DNA of 64,000 nt from NCBI GenBank assembly GCA_048128005.1, contig JBEUKZ010000109.1, forward strand, positions 1 to 64,000, given 5' to 3'. The stretch is from Veleropilina oligotropha (lineage: Eukaryota). Position numbers and translations under genes: made by a program. Numbering within the stretch: the stretch's first letter is position 1; each line of letters starts with the position of its first letter. Below, piece after piece: positions 13,047-22,843 of this stretch. Under the pieces are notes generated by a model. That model was not told where the DNA came from. It searched no databases and was given only the letters and a program-made list of their open reading frames with translations.

Positions 13047-15471
13047 ATCTCATCTGCTGCGTAAATTGCATAGTATTTACATTGATACATTGGTATGTGA
13101 AGCCAATAGTTAGGTAAAAGGTGGCATATTGCTTGGGTTTGGTTTGGTTTAGTGAATAGGGAGAGGCGGTGGTTAGGGCAATGCGCAAGGAAGATAATGT
13201 ATCCGCAATGTATAGGGTTTTGTGAAATTGTCATGAACATCGATTTCAATCAATCTATTTTTTGTAAGAAATTGTTATTTTGTTTTATTTTAAATGACTT
13301 TAATTACCTGTAGATTTGATCTGGATGGGCGTGGTTTAATGTATGGCCCTAGGAACTGAAGACTACGCAACAACCATTCGCTACGACCAGATAGTGGCTT
13401 GGCCTCAGAACCACTATTTCCTTGTTTGCGCAGGCGTCCATAAGCAGTACGTAATGCGAGCATTCGTTGTGTCACTTGTTTATCTAGAAATTAAAGTGTC
13501 CAAATTAATACACTTTATGCGAATGGTTTGTTACATTATATTAAATATTGCCAAAATGTAAGCACTGACTTTTCACACATTGCAATGATTATTTGCATAT
13601 ATAAGGATACATTGTATATGTATTACTACTACTGTTGCGTTACGACACCTCATTGATATAATTTCTTCGAAGACATTCCTGGAAAACTTAAATGCTGATA
13701 GATAATATGGTAGTCGGGGAGAGTCACAGAGTGGCTGCAACGCGGCTTATCAGTAGCTGAAATAATATGGCCATCGCCTCCGGTCGTAGCCAAGTCGCTA
13801 CTAGCGATTTCTGCATCTTATATGTGATCGTATTTACTCAATATCTGACTTCATGGAATAATATGTCCGCGTAAGTTAACCCCTATGATCGGAAAGTTGT
13901 GAAGTTTCATAAGAAGTTATCTGATGGTATAGGCATCGTGTCACGTGACTGACATGGAACCCGACGGGCATCAATTCTATGGCCATCGCCTCCGGTCGTA
14001 GCCAAGTCGCTACTAGCGATTTCTGCATCTTATATGTGATCGTATTTACTCAATATCTGACTTCATGGAATAATATGTCCGCGTAAGTTAACCCCTATGA
14101 TCGGAAAGTTGTGAAGTTTCATAAGAAGTTATCTGATGGTATAGGCATCGTGTCACGTGACTGACATGGAACCCGACGGGCATCAATTCTATCGGTATAA
14201 CCCTGCAATCATTCCATATACGTGGATAAATAGTTTATTTATAATAGCAGCATAGTATAATTGTGGTTACATAGTATGCATTGAACTACAGTCCCATGTC
14301 AATTATATTCGTCCATTTCATGAGTGCCGTATTTTATAAGTTGCGATCGCCGCTCCTTCTTGCTTCTCGTAATGCGCACACGTGTTGTTTGTTTATTACA
14401 TTTTGCAAAACCCTAGACTGTCATGTCATAAACACGTGCGGGGCACGTGAAGTTATCGCCTGCTTTTAATTGACAGCATTTTGACAGTTTATCGTCATGG
14501 GTCGCAAATCTTCGGAATTGAATAGGGACGTCAATGAACTCATTGTAACATTAATCAAAGAAGAATAAACGCATAAATATATTGCAAATATGTGGGTATA
14601 CCACGGACAACTGTGAGCAGTGTTTTTGGAAACTTTCGATCAACGGGTTCAGTTGAAAAAAGCCACGACAAACGAAGAAAAATGTACTGGATGTTCGTGA
14701 TAAGAAACAATTTGTTTAGAATAGTTAGAAAAACCCCGATAAAATCGTTTGAGGGATATTGCATGTGAATTTAAATCAGGCAAAGATAATCAAGTGGGTG
14801 AGATAACTATATTTTATAATATTTTCATTCAAAACGACAATCTTTAAAATATTAGTCGAGTATTAAAATAAATGCTACCATTTTGTTTTGGACGAATATA
14901 ATTGGCACGGGACAGTAAATAAATAATTCTGACTAAATTGAACGCAATTATAAACCGGAAATATCAAAGCATTAATGTCTTGCAATATAATGAATACATT
15001 ATCGGTTTAAATTAGCTTTATAAATAAGTAAATTTACTCTTTTATGTAAAACTGCAAGAAATATTAATATACATTAGGAATATGACAATTCACCCGATTT
15101 CTCAGAATTTGATGCTTCGGGCCTTGTTTTTCGCAATTGCCCAAATAACAGCTATGACTATCGTGCAACATGTAAATTCCTCTTTAAATCGCACTGTATA
15201 TAAATTAATTATTTCAGAACGACACATACATCTGCATACATCACCCAAGCATCTTACCAGTACAGCCAATTTCTGTCTGTATTGCTGTTAAACTATCAGC
15301 CTTTGTCGTTCTGTTGTGATAAGACTTTAAAGAACAGTTGTATAAATTTGGCTTTTCAGACCACAGTTGAATCAATCGATCTTCTGCGTCCTCTGTCCAT
15401 TTAAAACTAATATCTTCGCGTGCACAAGTTGAACTAGGAGGATTTTTTCGTTTCGTTGCATTAGTCGACAT
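11113..15471 (-). CDS. Harbinger accessory MADF + BESS-like protein, 4 exons
   Basis: Exons 15471-15258, 13483-13308, 12138-11812 and 11568-11113 join in frame (390 aa). Motifs: WTEDAEDRLIQLWSEKPNLYN, RMLALRTAYGRL, DDIQVFIEHVACQLRNL...QNEIQHIIF. Confidence 0.82.
13766..14189. repeat. Tandem duplication, 2 x 212 bp
   Basis: 13766-13977 is repeated at 13978-14189 with no difference I could see. Confidence 0.92.
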
Positions 15472-15517
15472 CCTGTCTGGAAGATGAATTTGTGCTTGGC
15501 GCATGCGCTTTTCTACA

Positions 15518-15941
15518 TTTATCACATGACAAACCTGTTATGGAACTGCACAACCCTTTCCATATATTCCATATGAAGACACGTGCCATAAGTATGCAAG
15601 TGAGCGCGAGTGTATCGGTATTTGCCAACTAGTAGCATCTGGCACAAGTCTGATTAGGCGGCGCATCACCCAGCACGTGCTGTCGAGGAGTGAAGCTTCT
15701 GAGGCAGGCCATTTAATGACTGAACGTAGGTCTACTGACATAAATCAGTTTAAAAACGTAAAGAAATGAGTTTAAAGGGAAATAAAGTCATGTGCTAATG
15801 AAGATCTCAAACTTGTTTCCATTTAATATGAGAATTATGAAACTCGTCAGCAAATTTATGTACCTTGCCAAGGCTAAATTGTGCCCGACTCGTTTCATAA
15901 TTCTCATATGAAATGGACACTCGTTCGAGATCCTCTCTTTA
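15518..15941. mobile_element. Small non-autonomous fold-back element, Crypton-like architecture
   Basis: TTTATCACATGAC (15518-15530) versus GTCATGTGCTAAT (15787-15799), then a hairpin at 15803-15932 containing GAAACTCGT and ending GAGATCCTCT, as in 1616-2503. Confidence 0.6.
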
Positions 15942-16434
15942 TGTACGATTTCCTACGACATCCCCTCCCACTCTGCGATACTACAAGATTGTCTATGATA
16001 CGACGGGATATTTTTGAACATGTTGAAAACTCTACGATACGTTACGATTACAGCCGATGTAATCGTATCTTAGGAAATCGTATCGTAAAGACCTCACACG
16101 CTGCGACGCTTTGATTCCTTAAGATGCGATGTTGTCTTATCGTATCTTAAGTAATCGCAGGTGTAAATCGCAGCGTGTGAGGCCGGCTTAACACCGTCGT
16201 ATTCGACCACCAAACTCGAAACTGCGCAGAACACTGACGACAGCTTAGAACAAAGGAATCCAATTTCTAATGCTACGGGGGTTACATGTGAAAGCCTGCG
16301 GGCAGTGCTGTCAGCTGAGCACCGCTTAGAACAAAGACAATAAATAAATAACTACCGCTGTAGACGAATAGAGAGTCTGGATGGTTGTTAAGATAGTTCC
16401 TAAGATGAGGCACATTCACTGGCGTAGTAGGAAG

Positions 16435-17661
16435 TCACGTTGTCCTCGATTTGGATTTAACCGTGCAGGCTGTAGCGGAATGTGCACCTTTACAGAAAGT
16501 GCAAGAATGCCGAAATGGACAGGGCGCACGCAAACATTTGTTTTGATTGAAATTGTTGCACAACTCGGATCCATCATGAGGTATACGTGGCCGCCCTCTA
16601 ACATCCCTCGCCGTGTTAGATAAAAGCGTACGATTTGGGTGTGACGGGGTCAGGGGGTCGCAGAAACCCGTCAAATGCTGGCTACTCTGACAGTCTAAAC
16701 ACGATGAGCCCTGCTGACCAGCCGTGATAGTGTTGAATAGGCTGCTATCACGAATCGACCAGTCGATTTTTACGTTATACTGCTCAAGTATTGTAGAAGC
16801 CCGCATCGAGAATGCTTGATGGTAATCATAAAATAACGTCCTACGATAATGCGAGGCAATATCCACGATATCCTGAACATAGAGATCTAATTCTTCTCTG
16901 CGTGCGGGATAAGCTTCACACATGACTGACGTATATTTACCAAATGCTGTCGGAAACTGAGGTAATGTTAGCAACTTGGACAATCGTGCATCTGGGCTAC
17001 CGCGGATGTGAACTTCGTTACCGAGAGTGTCAATAATGGAACGTGTACTGTTCTCGTCGTAATATGGGATTAGTAGCAGCGTAAGATTAATATGCTTACC
17101 GGTAATGATCTTGTTCCGTAGCACTGGCGATACTTGCACAACTCTCGGTAACTCTTCAGACGCGACACCGAAACGTCCTCGAGCAGGCGGCGCTGTCGAT
17201 GCGCTCGCATTGTTCATCGCCGTAGCAAGGGAGAACTGCGCCTCCGGTTGAGGGTTCCGGGCAGTCACAGGTAATGGTAGATAAGAACCTGTCGTTCCGA
17301 AGGGTGCTGCTGCGACACCGCGAAGCCCTCGAATAGCTAACGATGAATTATCATAGTTTATCGCCGTAGCGAGAGAGAACTGTGTCTCCGTCTCGGGGGG
17401 CACGGGTGGGCACTGGGGTGGCGTTGCGAATGGCGAAGCGGCGATTGATGCCCGAATCGCACCAATGTCGGCACGAAGTGATGCAACTTCCGTAGCGATG
17501 TCTGGCGCGGCACTTATCGGCTGTGCTGTGGTATCACTCGCAACATCATTCGGGGTCGGAACAACATCGGAAGTTTCGTTGGGTACATTACCCACTGTAG
17601 ACAGGTGAATGGCTGTTGCGTCTAAAGAACGTACAGCCTCGGTTTGACGTGAGGTTTTCAC
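16435..17661 (-). CDS. gag: Ngaro/DIRS-type gag-like protein (N-terminus missing)
   Basis: 408-codon open frame. IITGKHINLTLLLIP, TAFGKY..VMCEAYP.RREELDLY, FYDYH..FS, and C-terminal Cys/His knuckles CNNFN...C....C.FRH.C..C.G.H....C. Homologous to 31893-33409. Confidence 0.85.
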   Translation of the reverse strand: MKTSRQTEAVRSLDATAIHLSTVGNVPNETSDVVPTPNDVASDTTAQPISAAPDIATEVASLRADIGAIRASIAASPFATPPQCPPVPPETETQFSLATAINYDNSSLAIRGLRGVAAAPFGTTGSYLPLPVTARNPQPEAQFSLATAMNNASASTAPPARGRFGVASEELPRVVQVSPVLRNKIITGKHINLTLLLIPYYDENSTRSIIDTLGNEVHIRGSPDARLSKLLTLPQFPTAFGKYTSVMCEAYPARREELDLYVQDIVDIASHYRRTLFYDYHQAFSMRASTILEQYNVKIDWSIRDSSLFNTITAGQQGSSCLDCQSSQHLTGFCDPLTPSHPNRTLLSNTARDVRGRPRIPHDGSELCNNFNQNKCLRAPCPFRHSCTFCKGAHSATACTVKSKSRTT

Positions 17662-18217
17662 GTTGACTGCCGACTCGTTTGATTGCCAAAGTTTAAATAA
17701 ATAAATGGTATCTTGTCTTGAAATAAAAAAAAATTAGAATTAAAATCTACTTGATGGGGTGATCATACATATAACGGTTCTGGAAATAATATTGTGACGA
17801 CTTTCAATAGGGTAACCATTTCATTTGACCGAATAATATTTTCCAGTCATGCCAGATTGAACTATATAACTTTGCCCCACATATCAACTTATTATCTAGA
17901 TATCAGTTGCATTGGCACATTGGTTATCCAGATATTTTTCTATATTGTCGATGTATATATTTTTAGTAACACAGTCTTCACAACAATTTGAACCATATTC
18001 TGATTCATGCATTGGGGTGTTGTTCAAGCAACAAGTCATTTGTTCCAAGTAACTCAAAGCTGGTGTAAGGCTATATAAATCATTTATTCAAATATATAGA
18101 TTTGGCATATGGGGACAGCTCGGCCTGATACTTAAGTTAACCTAAAACAATACCAACCCTAAGGTAACAAAGGAAAGGTAAAACTATTATTAAAATAAAA
18201 GAAGTTTTAATTGGTTA

Positions 18218-18590
18218 CCAGTGAGGGCGCTGGGCCGCTAGCCACTGGAAAGATAAGGAAAATGCTAGCCAGTGAGACCACTGGGGGTTAAGTGATCGAA
18301 GTTTAAAAGTACACTTAGTTGCTTTCCGATGAGGGCGCAGGGCCTCCAGCCAATGGAAAGGTGAATGGAAGTAACTAAAATGATAGCCAGTGAGACCACT
18401 GGGGGTTAAGCGATCGAAGTTAAAACTTAACTGAATTGCTTTCCGATGAGGGTGCGGGGCCTCCAGCCAATGGAAAGGTGAATGGAAGTAAGTAAACTAC
18501 TAGCCAGTGAGGCCGCATGGATCATCCAGCCACTGGGGGTTAAATGATCGATACTACACAGACTTAATTGCTATGCCAGTGAAGCTTATT
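18218..18590. repeat. Array of CCAGTGAG...CCACTGG / CCGATGAG...CCAATGG stem-loops
   Basis: Units near 18218-18248, 18269-18284, 18326-18356, 18387-18402, 18443-18473, 18504-18536, with a partial one at 18576. Higher-order period is ~118 bp. Confidence 0.85.
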
Positions 18591-19101
18591 AAAGCCGTTA
18601 TAACTGTAAATAATTAATACGGTATCATTATCCTTTACGTTGGGGAGAAGTAACTCCCAAAAAGAGGCTGAGTATCAGTCGAGTGTCCCCAAAAGGAAAA
18701 GTAAATAAAGGATTATCTTAAAATGAATTAGCATATAAAGAAGGCAATACTTGAGCATAAGCACAAACATGAAACTATCATGTAGATAGTGATGCAAAAA
18801 GTGTTTGATTTGAATTATTGTTTAACGACCACGCCGACACTATATGGTCATAATCGGGTCGGTCAATTTAACTAGATAAAAATTTAATATAAAATGTTAA
18901 AAGTTGGATTACATACTGATAAAAATTAAAAAGATGCAAATAAAACGAATCAATATTCTCCAAATAAAATAAAGCCATTGCAAATTTGGGTAAAATACAA
19001 TAAAAGCAATAAAATACCAAAATTGTGAAATAATAAAAAGGTTGATAAAAACAAGTATAATAATAAAACAAGATATAAAATTGTGAAATAAAAATATAAA
19101 A

Positions 19102-22100
19102 TTATAACTTGTAGAAAATATTTACTTGTTTTAAAAACTCAAATATTAATTCGAGCTTAGTGAATTGAAATAACTCTTGGAGTGAGCTTGCCCTAAAGTA
19201 CTTTTGGCGTGTGAGATCCAAATCGACACAATCCAATAATATATGTTTAATTGTTAGGGCAGTTGCACAAGGAATACACTCCGGTGGAGGCTCCCCTTTA
19301 AGCAAGTAGGAGTGAGTGTAGTGCGAATGCCCAATCCTCAGTCTGGCCAAGACCACCTCCTCTCGCCGCGTTGGTCTGCAAGAGGGGCCCCATTCGCCAA
19401 GTAGAGGTTGGACATTCTGCAGTTTATTCCTTGTGCATTCACTCCAAGAGTGCTGCCAAGTAGAATTTATGTATTTGTTTATGCTTTGTTTAAAATCAAT
19501 ATGAGGCAGTTTACAATTTAGTGTATGGTTAAAATGCGAGGCTGCCTTGGCAGCTTGGTCAGCCTTCTCGTTACCCTGGATACCGATATGGCTCGGTATC
19601 CAGCATAAAATAATGTCATTATCCGGTAAAAGGTGATTATATTTAATTAAAATATCTAAAATAATAGGGTTTCTATTCACCCCCCTCAATGCCTGTAAGC
19701 TAGAGAGGGAGTCTGAATAGATAATAAAACGCTTGCTATTACTCATTGAGATAAAATTGAGCGCAAGCTCGATTGCCTTCAATTCTGCAGTAAATATAGT
19801 CGCGCTGCCTGGCAGACGGTTTTGAAAACATTGTCTGCCAGCGACAGCGGCTGCTCCTACTAATTCTGCATCTTTTGAACCATCTGTGTATATGCTTGCA
19901 CGATCCGAATATTTTAATTTCAGATCGTGCACTTTTATGAGATAGTCTGATGTGTCTGTGTTTGATTTTTTTAGTGATGTAAGATGTAGGTCAATTTCCG
20001 GCACCCTAAGTGTCCATGGGGGAGTATCCGGAATGTAAATTGTTCTAATTTGAGCTACATGTATGCCAGAGCTTTCTAGTGCAGGTTTTATGCGAATGCC
20101 GAATGGTGCAATTTTGTTTGGTTTTGCCAGAAATAAATTTTCGTAATTAGGTGTAAATACGGTTTCGAAAGCTGGGTTAGTTGGGTGTGATTTTAATTTG
20201 ATTGCATATTGCAGTGATAATTTTTCACGTCTGTGTGTAAGAGATGGTTCATTGGCTTCGACATAAAGGCTTTCCATGGGTGATGTGCGGAAAGCCCCTA
20301 GTGCAAGTCGAAGCCCTTGATTATGGATTGGATCAAGCATTTTAAGATATGAATGGCGAGCAGAGCCATATACTATGCTCCCATAATCAAGTTTTGATCT
20401 AATTAATGATCTGTAAAGGCGTAATAAAACTTTTTTATCAGCACCCCATTCAGTATTAGAAACTACTTTCATTATATTTAAAGCCTTTTTACATTTGGCT
20501 TTGATGTATTTTAAATGAGGTATGAAAGACAGTTTTCGGTCAAATATAAGGCCTAAAAATTTAAATTGATCTACCACTGGAATCTCAAAGTCATCCAGCT
20601 TTAACACAGGGTCGTCATGTATTTCACGACGCTGGCAGAAGTGCATGCATTTAGTTTTGTCCTTTGAGAATTTGAATCCATTCTCATCGGACCATATCTG
20701 TAATTTATTTAGGCCATGTTGTAGCTGGCGTTCTATACTGTTCATATTTGTTGAACGATAGCAAATGCCAAAATCGTCAACAAACAATGAACAGTCAGTG
20801 CCAGTACTAATACATTTGACGATACTGTTGATCTTAATACTGAATAGGGTGACTGATAAAATACTTCCTTGAGGGACACCCATCTCCTGGTCGTGGATAT
20901 CGGAGAGGGTGTCACCCACCTTAACGTTAAAATTTCTATCCTCAAGGAATTTCGAAATAAAATTGGGCAAGTGGCCCTTTAAACCAAAATCAAACAAATC
21001 ATTCATAATCCCGTACTTCCAAGTAGTGTCGTAGGCCTTCTCTAGATCGAAAAAAACAGCAACTAAATGTTGTCTGTTTAGGAAGGCCTCACGAACAAAA
21101 GTTTCCAGACGTACCAAGTGATCTGTGGTGCTCCGGTTGCGCCGGAACCCACATTGATATTCTGTAAGTAAATTATTTGATTCTAAGTACCAAACTAATC
21201 TCTCGTTTATCATCCTTTCCATGGTTTTACAAATGCAACTCGTCAGGGCTATGGGTCGATAACTGTTGGGATGTGATGTATCTTTTCCCGCCTTTGCAAT
21301 TGGGATAATAATAGCTTCCCTCCACGAGGGAGGGAAGGTTCCCGTTTCCCAGATAGTATTGAATATTGCAAGTAGAGTTGTAAATGATGTTGCAGGTAAG
21401 TGCTTAAGTAATTGATAGTGAATGTCATCAGGGCCAACTGATGTGTCATTTGCCTTATTTAGTGAATCTGTGAGTTCCTTGTGTGAAAATGGCTGATTGT
21501 ATGACTCGGTATTGTTGGATCTAAAATTGAGCCTTGTTTTTTCTTTCTGATGCTTAAAACGGCTGAATTTTGGAGTGCAGTTGGCGGATGATGAATTGGC
21601 AGAAAAGGTATCTGCCAATGTGTTTGCAATGTCTTTAGCTGTGGTTGCTTCTGATGTGTTTGTTTTAAGGTGCTTGATGCAGTTGGGTGTATGTTTGCCA
21701 CTAATTTTACGGATCATATCCCATGTTTTTTTAATAGTGGAACGAGAGTTTAGTTTGGTAACGTAGGAATGCCAAGATTCCCTTTTGCTGTGCTTGATGG
21801 TACGTCTGGCTTGTGCTCTTAATAGCCTAAAGCTATTAAGATTTTGTAGTGTTGGGTGCTGTTTAAATGTTGAAATTGCGTGTATGCGTGCTTTGATTGC
21901 TTGTCTGCAGTCTTCATTAAACCAAGGTTTATTTTTGTGCTTGGCATTTGGACAGGTCTTTGGAATTGAGAGTGTTGCAATGTCATGTAGTGTTGTAGAG
22001 AAACTTGATATTGGGTCTTCGCCATGAGTGAATTGATTAGAGTGTAATTGCTCTTCGCAAAGAGATTGGAATTTCCCCCAATCTGCTTTGCGAAGTTTCC

Positions 22101-22785
22101 ACCTTTTTGTATGTTCTTGTGCTTGATTGATTGTGCTTTCCAGGAAAATTGGAAAGTGGTCGCTTCCGCGGAGGTCCTCACCAACTTTCCAAGTAAAGTC
22201 CAGGAAAGCAGATGGGTCGCACATAGTAAGGTCAATGGTGGTAAGTGAGCCTGTAGGTGGATGCATGTATGTTGGCGATTTGGTTGTGTTAAATAGACAC
22301 AAATTGTGTCTCCCAATAAAGTCCTCTATTTGATGTCCCCGTTTATCTGTGTCAGTACCGCCCCAATCCGTACTGTGGGCGTTAAAATCGCCACACAGCA
22401 CAAATGGGGTCGGTAACTGATCGATGAGATCGTCAAGGTCAGTAGGTCGTAAATTTGCACTAGGTGGTAAGTATACTGAGCAGATAGTTATTACTCTGTG
22501 TGTCGATATTTTCACTGCTACTGCCTGTAAATTGGTGTTTAAGTTGACCTGACTGTGTGGTGTTTTGTTGTTGATTATGATTGAAACCCCCCCTGTAGCC
22601 TTGTCACCTGTGGTGACAATGTGGTTGTATAGTGAGTGCTCTTTGATGCGTATGTTGTCTGTGAGTTTCATGAATGTTTCATTAAGACATAATGCTATTG
22701 GTTTGTGTTCTTGAATTAATAGACTTATCTCATCAATATTCGGTTTAATGCCTCTACAATTCCATTGTATTATTGTGCCTGACAT
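19102..22785 (-). CDS. LINE ORF2: AP endonuclease, reverse transcriptase, RNase H, C-terminal CCHC
   Basis: 1227 aa. QWNCRG, GDFNAH, SDHFPI, YRPIALTS, FFDLEKAYD, GVPQGS, FVDD, YTDGSK, WIPSHIGIQGNEKAD, CIPC...H....C. Confidence 0.97.
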   Translation of the reverse strand: MSGTIIQWNCRGIKPNIDEISLLIQEHKPIALCLNETFMKLTDNIRIKEHSLYNHIVTTGDKATGGVSIIINNKTPHSQVNLNTNLQAVAVKISTHRVITICSVYLPPSANLRPTDLDDLIDQLPTPFVLCGDFNAHSTDWGGTDTDKRGHQIEDFIGRHNLCLFNTTKSPTYMHPPTGSLTTIDLTMCDPSAFLDFTWKVGEDLRGSDHFPIFLESTINQAQEHTKRWKLRKADWGKFQSLCEEQLHSNQFTHGEDPISSFSTTLHDIATLSIPKTCPNAKHKNKPWFNEDCRQAIKARIHAISTFKQHPTLQNLNSFRLLRAQARRTIKHSKRESWHSYVTKLNSRSTIKKTWDMIRKISGKHTPNCIKHLKTNTSEATTAKDIANTLADTFSANSSSANCTPKFSRFKHQKEKTRLNFRSNNTESYNQPFSHKELTDSLNKANDTSVGPDDIHYQLLKHLPATSFTTLLAIFNTIWETGTFPPSWREAIIIPIAKAGKDTSHPNSYRPIALTSCICKTMERMINERLVWYLESNNLLTEYQCGFRRNRSTTDHLVRLETFVREAFLNRQHLVAVFFDLEKAYDTTWKYGIMNDLFDFGLKGHLPNFISKFLEDRNFNVKVGDTLSDIHDQEMGVPQGSILSVTLFSIKINSIVKCISTGTDCSLFVDDFGICYRSTNMNSIERQLQHGLNKLQIWSDENGFKFSKDKTKCMHFCQRREIHDDPVLKLDDFEIPVVDQFKFLGLIFDRKLSFIPHLKYIKAKCKKALNIMKVVSNTEWGADKKVLLRLYRSLIRSKLDYGSIVYGSARHSYLKMLDPIHNQGLRLALGAFRTSPMESLYVEANEPSLTHRREKLSLQYAIKLKSHPTNPAFETVFTPNYENLFLAKPNKIAPFGIRIKPALESSGIHVAQIRTIYIPDTPPWTLRVPEIDLHLTSLKKSNTDTSDYLIKVHDLKLKYSDRASIYTDGSKDAELVGAAAVAGRQCFQNRLPGSATIFTAELKAIELALNFISMSNSKRFIIYSDSLSSLQALRGVNRNPIILDILIKYNHLLPDNDIILCWIPSHIGIQGNEKADQAAKAASHFNHTLNCKLPHIDFKQSINKYINSTWQHSWSECTRNKLQNVQPLLGEWGPSCRPTRREEVVLARLRIGHSHYTHSYLLKGEPPPECIPCATALTIKHILLDCVDLDLTRQKYFRASSLQELFQFTKLELIFEFLKQVNIFYKL

Positions 22786-22843
22786 GTTGGTTTAATGGTG
22801 TGTGTATTAAGATGTTTGTTTGTAATGTTATGCTTAAATTTGC

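Larger units (their letters stand above)
9987..16188. mobile_element. PIF/Harbinger DNA transposon (copy 2, different family)
   Basis: Perfect 24-bp TIRs AGCCGGCCTCACACGCTGCGATTT flanked by TTA (left) and TAA (right); subterminal CGAT-rich repeats; transposase and MADF genes. Confidence 0.95.
9013..17730 (-). mobile_element. Ngaro-like YR retrotransposon derivative (gag only, pol/YR deleted), interrupted by Harbinger copy 2
   Basis: gag at 17661-16435, followed by a pol start remnant (LPTTPVNVPHLRNYLNNHPDSLFV) and then non-coding sequence. The 3' region (9013-9983) shares its terminal motif, inverted repeat and hairpin array with the second Ngaro element. The 5' end appears lost near 17730. 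Boundaries are approximate. Confidence 0.7.

Noticed and set aside
18323..18476. Hammerhead ribozyme (CCGATGAG...GAAA resembles CUGAUGA...GAAA)
   Set aside because: The core reads CCGA rather than CUGA, the GAAA is tied up in the closing stem, and no stem III/UH site is evident.
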